Shown: positions 8,247 through 15,523 of the stretch, one piece after another
Numbering within the stretch: the first letter of the stretch is position 1
Layout: each line of letters starts with the position of its first letter
Virus record (IMG/VR): IMGVR_UViG_3300044667_000030
Span: 1-44,370 of that record
Source of the DNA: a virus
Lineage: Duplodnaviria; Caudoviricetes
Reading direction: 5' to 3' (one strand)
Length of the DNA stretch: 44,370 nucleotides
The notes under the pieces: generated by a model
Seen by the model: the letters and a program-made list of their open reading frames with translations, nothing else
What the model was told of the DNA's origin: nothing
Database searches by the model: none
Translations under genes and position numbers: made by a program

Positions 8247-8335
8247 GCCGGTAACATAGCTCAATTGCCGCATTGGCGCGATGACCGGACTGGTTACGAA
8301 AAGGGGTTTACAGACGTGACCGGATCGGTTACATA
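8239..8335. promoter_or_regulatory. OR region: three operators (8239-8255, 8281-8297, 8316-8332) with divergent PRM/PR
   Basis: GTAACCATGCCGGTAAC, ATGACCGGACTGGTTAC, GTGACCGGATCGGTTAC; PR TTTACA-N17-TACATA; PRM TCGCGC-N17-TATGTT. Confidence 0.8.
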
Positions 8336-8341
8336 TCCAGC

Positions 8342-8575
8342 ATGGAGCAACTTCACCCACTCAAAGCCTGGCGCCAAAGCTTCAACCCGCCGAAAACGCA
8401 AAAATCGGCGGCGGAAGAGGTCGGCGTTGATCGAGTGACGTGGGCGCGCTGGGAAACCGATCCCGAGCGCAAGATTGATACAGACAAGCTCCCTACCGTC
8501 TCCGCCAAGACGGGCATTCCTCCCGGCAAACTTCGCCCCGACCTTGCCGAACTCCTGAAAGACGGAGGCGGCTAA
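8342..8575 (+). CDS. Cro-like HTH regulator
   Basis: TQKSAAEEVGVDRVTWARWE HTH; LRPDL C-terminus typical of Cro-like proteins. Confidence 0.85.
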   Translation: MEQLHPLKAWRQSFNPPKTQKSAAEEVGVDRVTWARWETDPERKIDTDKLPTVSAKTGIPPGKLRPDLAELLKDGGG

Positions 8576-8856
8576 TGATGCTGCACGCGGGGGCGGGGAA
8601 ACAGTTTTTCGTGCGGCGCACCAAGCAATGCAGATCTCGCGGCTTGGGACGCCTGTTCGAATCTCATCCAGTCGGCCACGTCGAAGGTGAGGTGCAGCAG
8701 GATTCGATTTTCGGTTTTCTGTCGATCCGCACTGCGATGGCGGACTGTAAAAGTAACTCTGACGGTATTGGCGCTCATCAATTCTATTCGAGCTACGTCG
8801 CTTATGTGGAGTTCGGGAGCGTTTCCGAAATCCACAATATTCCCAACGAACTCCAT
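8572..8856 (-). CDS. Hypothetical protein oriented against the PR operon
   Basis: MEFVGNIVDFG... with GGAGG; extended -10 TGGTATGAT at 8908-8900. Confidence 0.6.
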   Translation of the reverse strand: MEFVGNIVDFGNAPELHISDVARIELMSANTVRVTFTVRHRSADRQKTENRILLHLTFDVADWMRFEQASQAARSALLGAPHEKLFPRPRVQHH

Positions 8857-9006
8857 GGTACAGGCCTCCGCATTTCCGCGGCCGCAACGCGGGCAGGAGA
8901 TCATACCAAATCTTCATTAAGTCTGACAGCGAACACTTCGCCACAGGTTTCACATTCTGTTGCGTTTGCATCGCAGCGCACGTTAACCGACACACGACTT
9001 TCCTCT

Positions 9007-9093
9007 TGCGCGCGTCCCCAACGTCAACCCCAAGCGCGCACGGCGCAGGCAGTCTACGGCCCTCCCTCCGGTGAGGCTGTCTGCGCCACCCTT
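9007..9093 (+). ncRNA. Candidate sRNA with C-rich (anti-Shine-Dalgarno) loops
   Basis: TGCGCGC/GCGCGCA stem with TCCCC loop; 14-bp stem GGCGCAGGCAGTCT/AGGCTGTCTGCGCC with CCCTCCCT loop. Confidence 0.4.
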
Positions 9094-9209
9094 TCATCTC
9101 ACACCCACTTGATCGGCAGGATCGCCACTGCGGCTGCGAACACGATCAGGAAGGTGATGTTTCCGAGCAATTCCATTTTTGTCTCGTTGCGTTGCGTTGG
9201 GGGTTTGTC

Positions 9210-9497
9210 ATGGGTACGAGTCTACAAGTCGCGTCACAGCGCGCTATCGAAAGCGCCCGTCCAGTCGGACGGCTTACCGACCATTTGGCCGGTGACGTAC
9301 TTTCTGAAATCGCCAGAACACTTTGGCCGTCAAAAACAGCGGAGCATGTCGCTTCGTGTGCGTCGTGCACGGTGCGCGCGGCTGAACGCTATCTCGCTGG
9401 CGACCGTGAATGGTCGAGCGATGCGCTCGCTGCCATCGTCGCGGAAATCCTCAAACGTCATTCAATGCGGAATGTGAAGGTCACAGGGAGGCAGTGA
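9210..9497 (+). CDS. CII-like HTH regulator (tentative)
   Basis: KTAEHVAS.ASCTVRAAERYLAG HTH-like; position downstream of cro. Confidence 0.55.
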   Translation: MGTSLQVASQRAIESARPVGRLTDHLAGDVLSEIARTLWPSKTAEHVASCASCTVRAAERYLAGDREWSSDALAAIVAEILKRHSMRNVKVTGRQ

Positions 9498-9682
9498 TGG
9501 GTGCGTGGGCTGCGTTGCTTGGCGAAAAGCGGACTGAGGAACAACTCGCGGCGATGCGCGCCGAATCCGCAGAGCCTTTCGGCATCACTGAGTTCACCTG
9601 CGACAAGTGCCCCGCACGGTACACCTGCGAATGGGCATTCGATGCCTACAACACGAACGGCGACTGTCTCGCGGAGAAATAG
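9497..9682 (+). CDS. Small Cys-rich hypothetical protein
   Basis: CDKC..RYTC...C; TGATG coupling. Confidence 0.6.
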   Translation: MGAWAALLGEKRTEEQLAAMRAESAEPFGITEFTCDKCPARYTCEWAFDAYNTNGDCLAEK

Positions 9683-9766
9683 TTTTTGTAACCGTGCGTA
9701 CCGGACGGGGGTCCGGAAGGGGAAGTGGATGGGCGTTGTGTCAAACGTAGCATTGGGTATGGAAAA

Positions 9767-10375
9767 ATGTCGCTTCATGAAAGTCCTGCGGCGCTCCGGT
9801 GTCGTCTGTTCAATCCGCCAAACGCGGTAGTCGATCATCCGATCGATCTGTCGCGCTATCGCGTCAAGCCGCCTGTCATTCGCGTTGCTGACATTCCCAA
9901 GCCGCCGCGGCCTCTGACCGCCAAGGAACGGTTTGACGAGGCTTGCCAGAACTATTTCGCGAACATTTGGGCCGGGGCACTCGCTTGGGACCGGGTTCTG
10001 AAAGAGCGCGAGGCCGATGCTCCGCCGCCGCCGCCGCCGGCCACGGTCAACCAGATCATTCGCTTTGTCGCGCGTGAATACGACCTGTCCCGAGAAGATT
10101 TGCTTGCCGACCGGCGTACACAGAATCTGGTCCGCCCTCGGCATATCGCGATGTGGCTCGCCAAGACCATCACTCGGAAGTCCTATCCCTATATTGGGCT
10201 GCGCTTTGGCAATCGTGACCACACGACCATCCTGCACGGCGTTCGGAAGATCGAGCGCGAGCGGCAAACGGATTACGCGCTTCAGTACCAGCTAGACCAG
10301 TTCAAGTCTGCGTTGCGTTCCCCTCAACTTGTGGAGATCGACAATGCAGAAGACCCCGCAGCAATTAGCCGCTGA
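9767..10375 (+). CDS. DnaA C-terminal (domain IV) HTH-containing protein
   Basis: RRT...VRPRHIAMWLAK...SYP.IG.RFG.RDHTTILHGVRKI is the Bac_DnaA_C signature. Confidence 0.9.
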   Translation: MSLHESPAALRCRLFNPPNAVVDHPIDLSRYRVKPPVIRVADIPKPPRPLTAKERFDEACQNYFANIWAGALAWDRVLKEREADAPPPPPPATVNQIIRFVAREYDLSREDLLADRRTQNLVRPRHIAMWLAKTITRKSYPYIGLRFGNRDHTTILHGVRKIERERQTDYALQYQLDQFKSALRSPQLVEIDNAEDPAAISR

Positions 10376-10505
10376 GTTCGACGCGCTCATCGTCGAGTTC
10401 GATCAGGCCACGCGAGGGCTATTCAAGCCGCGCGAGGAACAGCGCGACAAGCCGACGCTGGCCAAGATCATCTGGCTCAACGACTACCGGGGGACGCTGC
10501 ATTGA
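10344..10505 (+). CDS. Hypothetical protein (53 aa; not in ORF track)
   Basis: MQKTPQQLAAEFDAL...; GGAG upstream; overlaps rusA start. Confidence 0.5.
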   Translation: MQKTPQQLAAEFDALIVEFDQATRGLFKPREEQRDKPTLAKIIWLNDYRGTLH

Positions 10506-10852
10506 GGCTGCGTCTTCCGCTCCCGCCATCCGTCAATCAAGCCTACGGCAACCGGCGAGGGCCGGGCCGTGGCCGCTTTAAGACGGCTGCCTATAAGGCT
10601 TGGCTAATCGAGGCCGATAAGTGGCTGCTGACACAGAAGCGCGGCCTGGAGCCCGTCACAGGCCCGGCAATGGTGTGTATTCGCGTGCCGATGAAGATGC
10701 GCGGCGACGTTTCCAATCGCATCAAGGTGGCTGAGGATTTTCTGGTCTCTCGCCAGCTCACATCGGATGACAAAAACAATTTGTTCGTCGGCGCCGTTCG
10801 TGCGGCGGAGATTCCGATGGGCGAATGCGAGATCGTGGTGAGGGCGGCATGA
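10502..10852 (+). CDS. rusA: RusA-family Holliday junction resolvase
   Basis: LPLPPSVN...RGDVSNRIK..ED.L.....SDD motifs. Confidence 0.85.
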   Translation: MRLRLPLPPSVNQAYGNRRGPGRGRFKTAAYKAWLIEADKWLLTQKRGLEPVTGPAMVCIRVPMKMRGDVSNRIKVAEDFLVSRQLTSDDKNNLFVGAVRAAEIPMGECEIVVRAA

Positions 10853-11634
10853 CTGGCGTATTCGCCGTCTCGCGCGGCGTGTTCGATCATGTGTTCTTCT
10901 CTCCCGAGCCTTACACGGAGCGGGAAGCCTGGCTTTGGCTTGTCGGCAACGCTGTTTGGAAGGCGCAGCGCGTGCGAGTCGGCAGATCGATTTATGATCT
11001 CAAGCGCGGGCAATGCGTTTATGCCGAGCGTTTCCTTGCGGTTAAGTGGAAGTGGTCGAAGTCGCGTGTTCATCGTTTTCTGGAACGATTGAAAATCGAA
11101 GCGATGATCGAACCACTCGCGGACCGCAACGCGACCATCATAACCATTTGCAATTACGACAAATTCGCTTTTGACGGAACCACTCGCGAACCACAGAACG
11201 AACCGCATTCTGGACCACTCGCGGACCACTCGCGGACCAAAGAAGAAGAACTTAAGAAAGATAAGAAAAGAAACACACATACAAAGCGGCAGCTCCCGGT
11301 CGATTGGAAAATCCCGGAGCGGGCCTTCGCGGTCGCCAAGGAGATTGGCGCCGATCCTGTGAAGCTGGAGCCTGGCTTCCGCGACTATCTCGCAAGCACG
11401 GGAAAGCAATACGCCGATTACGACGCGGCCTTCTGCAACTGGGTGAGAAATTCACGCAGGTTCGGCAGCGGCGCTGGGCCACCTCGGATGGCTTCTTCTT
11501 CGTTGAAGGAAACGAAGCAGATGGCTTGGGAAGAGGCTCGGCAACAACTTCGGAAGGCAGCTTATGGACCAGCAGACGGCGGCACAGAAAGCGGACCGAC
11601 TCTTCGGTTACTACCCGCAATCGGCGGCAAGTGA
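10849..11634 (+). CDS. Phage replication initiator protein
   Basis: REAWLWL...LKRGQ...LAVKWKWS..RV.RFL..L...TIITICNYDK winged-helix N-terminus; internal iterons. Confidence 0.85.
   Translation: MTGVFAVSRGVFDHVFFSPEPYTEREAWLWLVGNAVWKAQRVRVGRSIYDLKRGQCVYAERFLAVKWKWSKSRVHRFLERLKIEAMIEPLADRNATIITICNYDKFAFDGTTREPQNEPHSGPLADHSRTKEEELKKDKKRNTHTKRQLPVDWKIPERAFAVAKEIGADPVKLEPGFRDYLASTGKQYADYDAAFCNWVRNSRRFGSGAGPPRMASSSLKETKQMAWEEARQQLRKAAYGPADGGTESGPTLRLLPAIGGK
11112..11286 (+). repeat. Replication origin: four ACCACTCGCGRACC iterons plus A-rich tract
   Basis: Repeats at 11112, 11179, 11214, 11225 followed by purine/A-rich 11239-11286 inside the initiator gene (lambda O-like layout). Confidence 0.75.
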
Positions 11635-12031
11635 CCCGCAGATTTTCATGGCGGGCTTGATCGAGCTTTTCACTGGTTACCCTGAGTGGGCGGTCGATGC
11701 CGCACTCAGCGTGAAATCGGGCATCCCGGCGAAATTTGATTTTTTGCCGCCGATTTCCAAGGTGCTAGAATTTCTTGAGGCTGAAATGCGGACTTGGCGA
11801 TATGCCCAAGAATGGGAGGAGGGCGCAAAGCGCCAGCTTTTGCCACCTCCCGACCCTGGTCCGAAGCCGACCCTGGCCGAATTGAAGGCCAAGCACGGCG
11901 AGAATTGGGGGCTGCACCCTGAGAACGCCCGGAAGAAAAAACAGTTTTTGTCGATCGGGGAGTTGGCGGCTGAGTACGCGGTCCCGCGAGAGACCATTGA
12001 TGCGATGCCTGATGGGAAGTCGCCGCGATGA
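11564..12031 (+). CDS. Replication accessory protein (helicase loader-like, tentative)
   Basis: Follows initiator; YP...F.P.I..V motif seen in loader/inhibitor-type phage proteins. Confidence 0.55.
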   Translation: MDQQTAAQKADRLFGYYPQSAASDPQIFMAGLIELFTGYPEWAVDAALSVKSGIPAKFDFLPPISKVLEFLEAEMRTWRYAQEWEEGAKRQLLPPPDPGPKPTLAELKAKHGENWGLHPENARKKKQFLSIGELAAEYAVPRETIDAMPDGKSPR

Positions 12032-12246
12032 ACCTTGACGAGCGGCCAACTCACGCTTGGACGAACGAGGAGGCGAGGTCGCATTTGACCGCAACCTTCA
12101 ATTCGGCCTGCGCGAGCCATCCTGATCTGATGGAGCCGTACCTGATCGCGTTAAGCGCGGCGGAGCCTGATGAGGAAGTCTCGATTATGCGCCGCGGCTT
12201 ACGCGAGACCATCAAACAACGATTTCCACTTCCAGGAGCAATCTAA
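12028..12246 (+). CDS. Hypothetical protein
   Basis: ATGA overlap; 72 aa. Confidence 0.6.
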   Translation: MNLDERPTHAWTNEEARSHLTATFNSACASHPDLMEPYLIALSAAEPDEEVSIMRRGLRETIKQRFPLPGAI

Positions 12247-12247
12247 A

Positions 12248-12727
12248 ATGCACGTCCAAGTCATCCGTGTTGGGCGTAAACGTAGGCTTTCACCAGACAA
12301 GATCGAGCGCCGGGGCCTGGGTGATCCATTCCAGACCGTAATCGACATCGAGCGCCGGCTATTACGCGCGTGTCGCACATTGCGTGCATTGCCTGACCCC
12401 GACAAGAAATTCCAATGGGTAGGCTCGGCATGGCCCGAGATGGTGAGGTCAACCGAGGAAGCCTATGGCTACAGCGAGGCAATCATGCCGCGGTTTCGTC
12501 CCACGCCAGTCGATGTATCCGATTATCTGACTGCGCTGTCATGGGCTCGCATGATCCCATGGGAGGATTTTAGGCTGGTGTGGTGGCGATCGTTCGATCT
12601 GTCATTCGGCCAGATTGCCATGCGGATTCACAAGACCGATGAGACGGCCAGGCGCCGCTATCGTGATGTGCTGCTGAAAATCTGGCACGCCTTCAATTAC
12701 ACACAGCCCAAGCGAGCTGCGGGATGA
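12248..12727 (+). CDS. Late transcription regulator (DUF6362-like, sigma-4-type C-terminal HTH)
   Basis: RFRPTPVDVS...LVWWRS..LSFGQIAMRI...DETARRRY; last early gene before late promoter. Confidence 0.65.
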   Translation: MHVQVIRVGRKRRLSPDKIERRGLGDPFQTVIDIERRLLRACRTLRALPDPDKKFQWVGSAWPEMVRSTEEAYGYSEAIMPRFRPTPVDVSDYLTALSWARMIPWEDFRLVWWRSFDLSFGQIAMRIHKTDETARRRYRDVLLKIWHAFNYTQPKRAAG

Positions 12728-12743
12728 ACTTGTGGATTTCTTT

Positions 12744-12794
12744 TTGACATCGCGTGGCATTCGTGGCAAATTCGCATGCAAATCACCGTACAAT
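12744..12794 (+). promoter_or_regulatory. Late promoter candidate
   Basis: TTGACA(12744)-N17-CAAATT; CGTGGCA direct repeat in spacer; downstream -10-like TACAAT at 12789. Confidence 0.55.
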
Positions 12795-12800
12795 AGCAGC

Positions 12801-12838
12801 AACGCGCCCGGAGCAATCTAGGCGCGTTTTTCATTTTT
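12801..12838 (+). terminator. Intrinsic terminator just downstream of late promoter
   Basis: AACGCGCC...GGCGCGTT stem followed by TTTCATTTTT. Confidence 0.7.
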
Positions 12839-12848
12839 GAGGCTCTAC

Positions 12849-12920
12849 ATGGCCAAGATCAGCAAGGTTCAGCCGAAGAAGGCGCCGCCGAAGAAGATGG
12901 GCGGTAAGCGCGGTTGCTAA
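12849..12920 (+). CDS. 23-aa basic peptide (not in ORF track)
   Basis: MAKISKVQPKKAPPKKMGGKRGC; GAGG upstream; TAATG coupling to terS. Confidence 0.55.
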   Translation: MAKISKVQPKKAPPKKMGGKRGC

Positions 12921-13426
12921 TGGCACAGCGTAAGAAGACCGAGCCCATAAAAAATCAATTTTCCGATCTGCCGGAATTGACGGCCAAGCAGATGAATTTT
13001 GTTAAGGGTCTGCTGGAGGGCAAGACGGCCTCTGATGCCTATCGGGCGGCTTACGACTGTTCGGAAATGCAGCCTGCGACGATCTGGGCGGCTGCGTCAC
13101 GACTGCGCTCAGATGACAAGGTGAGTGCATGGCTCGACGCCTCGCGTATAGCCGAGCTGGGTTCATCGACAATCACGCTTGAGCAGCACATCCGCCGGCT
13201 GGATGCTTTGAAGACCATTGCGGTTGGCACGGGCAATGTGGGTGCCGCGGTGCAGGCCGAACAGCTCATCGGCAAGGCCATGGGTCATTATGTCGAGAAG
13301 TTCGAGGACGTAACCAGGTCTGATCCATTGGCGGCCCTTGAGGAGCTTGCAAGGATTGCGCCTGACGCAGCCAAGGCATTGGCCCAGGAACACAACATCA
13401 GCCTAGATACGGATACGGTGCATTGA
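12920..13426 (+). CDS. terS: Terminase small subunit
   Basis: LTAKQMNFV...G.TASDAYRAAY...ASRL...KV; AAVQAEQLIGK. Confidence 0.85.
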   Translation: MAQRKKTEPIKNQFSDLPELTAKQMNFVKGLLEGKTASDAYRAAYDCSEMQPATIWAAASRLRSDDKVSAWLDASRIAELGSSTITLEQHIRRLDALKTIAVGTGNVGAAVQAEQLIGKAMGHYVEKFEDVTRSDPLAALEELARIAPDAAKALAQEHNISLDTDTVH

Positions 13427-13629
13427 GGCGCAAGCATCATGAGCCGATGCAGCCCAAAGGGCTCAAGCATCCGTCAAGGCGGCCAAGCAAGGCCAGCAAT
13501 TACGTTCAGCTCCCACGTTACCGCTATCCTCAAGACGGGTATTTGAACCCACGACTCCATCCTAAAGCACTAGCTGATCGTATCGGCTTCACTGTCGATC
13601 GATTGCCGGGTGATTGTGATTACGAATAG
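13423..13629 (+). CDS. Hypothetical protein
   Basis: TTG start overlapping terS stop. Confidence 0.4.
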   Translation: MRRKHHEPMQPKGLKHPSRRPSKASNYVQLPRYRYPQDGYLNPRLHPKALADRIGFTVDRLPGDCDYE

Positions 13630-13897
13630 CTGAATTGGACTAGACCCCGCGTGTGTGTGTTCCGTTTCAAACTGGCACCCCTATAGCGTAACGCTACGCT
13701 ACGATGGCCTACAGCGCGATTACCAAGGCGCTACAGTGCGATAGCGATACATGGCCCTGGTATCATGGGGCTGCGCGGGGGATCGTGGGCGTCCAGAGGC
13801 ATGAGCAAGGGGTGGGGGAACCCCCTGGGGTGTGTGAGTAGGTTTCTAAACCCCCTCATACGTCCAGCCGATCCAAACACCCCCGTAGATACTACGT

Positions 13898-14101
13898 ATG
13901 TCAGATGTAGATGCTACGCGCTTAAGGGCGCTGGCTGGCGCGATAAAACGCGCGACGACCAACCGCGACATTCTGGAAATCTGTGACGGCGTGCTGGCTC
14001 TGAGCGGGCCGGCGAAGTGCCCTGTGTGCGAGGCGCGCAGGATGGCGAAGGCTGCGGCGCAGAAGCGCTGGCGAGCGAACAAGGCGACACGACATGGCTA
14101 A
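13898..14101 (+). CDS. Small basic CxxC protein, possible DNA binder
   Basis: CPVCEARRMAKAAAQKRWR; start codon flanked by two palindromes. Confidence 0.6.
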   Translation: MSDVDATRLRALAGAIKRATTNRDILEICDGVLALSGPAKCPVCEARRMAKAAAQKRWRANKATRHG

Positions 14102-14393
14102 CTGGGTTAACGGCGCTGAGAACGTCGTCCTCTCAAACAAGTCGGCAACGACCGGCCCCTTCACGTTGACGGGTGGTCAGTACGGCGTGACGGTTACGGC
14201 CACCTTTGGCGGCGGCAATGTCACCCTGCAGCGCCTTGCGGCTGATGGATCAACCTATGTGACCTGTCTGACCGCATTTACCGCGGCTGGCTACGCGAGC
14301 GTCTATCTGCCGCCCGGCACCTATCAGGTGGCGATCACGACGGCGACCGGCGTCTATGCCGACATCACCTGCATCAACAAGGGCATCTACTGA
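14094..14393 (+). CDS. Thr-rich beta-sandwich virion decoration-type protein (tentative)
   Basis: 99 aa, beta-strand pattern, overlaps both neighbours. Confidence 0.6.
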   Translation: MANWVNGAENVVLSNKSATTGPFTLTGGQYGVTVTATFGGGNVTLQRLAADGSTYVTCLTAFTAAGYASVYLPPGTYQVAITTATGVYADITCINKGIY

Positions 14394-15523
14394 TGGTTGA
14401 TAACGTCACCATCACGGCTGGTGTCGGCACGTCCATTGCGACGGACGACATCAACGGCGTGCAGTATCAGCGGGTCAAGATCAGCCAGGGTGCGGACGGC
14501 TCCGCGACCGATGTTTCCTCTGCCGCTCCGCTGAATGTGACTCTCGCCAACACTGGCGCCAATGCGACGGCCGTTAAGGTCGATAATTCCGCTGTAACGC
14601 AGCCGATCAGCGCGGCTGCCCTTCCGCTCCCGAGCGGTGCGGCTACTTCCGCGAAACAGCCTGCCTTGGGCACGGCGGGCTCGGCATCGAGCGATGTTCT
14701 GACCATTCAGGGCATTGCCTCGATGACGGCCGTGAAGGTGGATGGCTCTGCGGTCACCCAGCCGGTCAGCATATCCGGGAATCAGGCGGTCAATGTCGCG
14801 CAGGTTGCTGGCACAACCGCGGACACCAATTCCGGCAACAAGAGCGCCGGCACGCTGCGCGTGGTTCTGGCTACCGACCAGCCCGCTCTTACGAACAAGC
14901 TCCTTGTTACTCCGGACGCCAATAGCGCGGTCAACATCTCCCAGATGAACGGTGTAACCGTTACGATGGGCAATGGTGTTGCAGGTACGGGCGTCCAGCG
15001 CGTTGCCATCGCCTCGGACAATACGGTCCTTCCTGCAACCGGCGCGGGGGCCACAGGCTCGGCAGTCCCTGCAAATGCTGCCTATACTGGCGCGTTGGCT
15101 CAAACCGCTCTTCCTTCCGCGGCGACGGCGGGCAACCTTGTAGGCGCTCTCTCGGACAAGTTCGGCCGTCAGGTCGTCCATCTCGCCGGAATGCGGGATC
15201 TGGTCGGTACGCAAACCACGACTATTTCGGCTTCGACCTCCGAAACCACGATCATTACCGCTGGCGCGGCGGGCGTCTTCAACGATCTGGTGATGTTGAT
15301 CGTCTCGAATACCTCTTCCAGCACGAACACCCGTATCGACATTCGGGACGCAACCTCCGGCTCCGTCATCTTCTCGATCCAGTCGAACGGCGGCCAGCCT
15401 CCGGTCGGCTTCGTGCTTCCTGTCCCGATCCCCCAGACCACGGCGGCGAATAACTGGACCGCGCAGTGCGCGACCTCGACGACCGATGTCCGCATCTATG
15501 CGGTGTTCGTGAAGAACAAGTGA
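14393..15523 (+). CDS. Thr/Ser/Ala-rich fibre/decoration-type protein
   Basis: DNVTITAG.GTSIATDDI.GVQYQRVK N-terminus, repeated AVKVD.SAVTQP(I/V)S units. Confidence 0.7.
   Translation: MVDNVTITAGVGTSIATDDINGVQYQRVKISQGADGSATDVSSAAPLNVTLANTGANATAVKVDNSAVTQPISAAALPLPSGAATSAKQPALGTAGSASSDVLTIQGIASMTAVKVDGSAVTQPVSISGNQAVNVAQVAGTTADTNSGNKSAGTLRVVLATDQPALTNKLLVTPDANSAVNISQMNGVTVTMGNGVAGTGVQRVAIASDNTVLPATGAGATGSAVPANAAYTGALAQTALPSAATAGNLVGALSDKFGRQVVHLAGMRDLVGTQTTTISASTSETTIITAGAAGVFNDLVMLIVSNTSSSTNTRIDIRDATSGSVIFSIQSNGGQPPVGFVLPVPIPQTTAANNWTAQCATSTTDVRIYAVFVKNK

Noticed and set aside
8963-8970. Extra copies of the integrase arm motif (also near 43599)
   Set aside because: Isolated 8-mers far from attP, compatible with chance
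8575-9477. 300-aa + strand ORF after cro
   Set aside because: No motifs; overlaps a better-supported antisense gene, hairpins and the CII-like gene
12731-12739. DnaA-box-like TGTGGATTT beside the late promoter
   Set aside because: Two mismatches to TGTGGATAA and single copy; too weak
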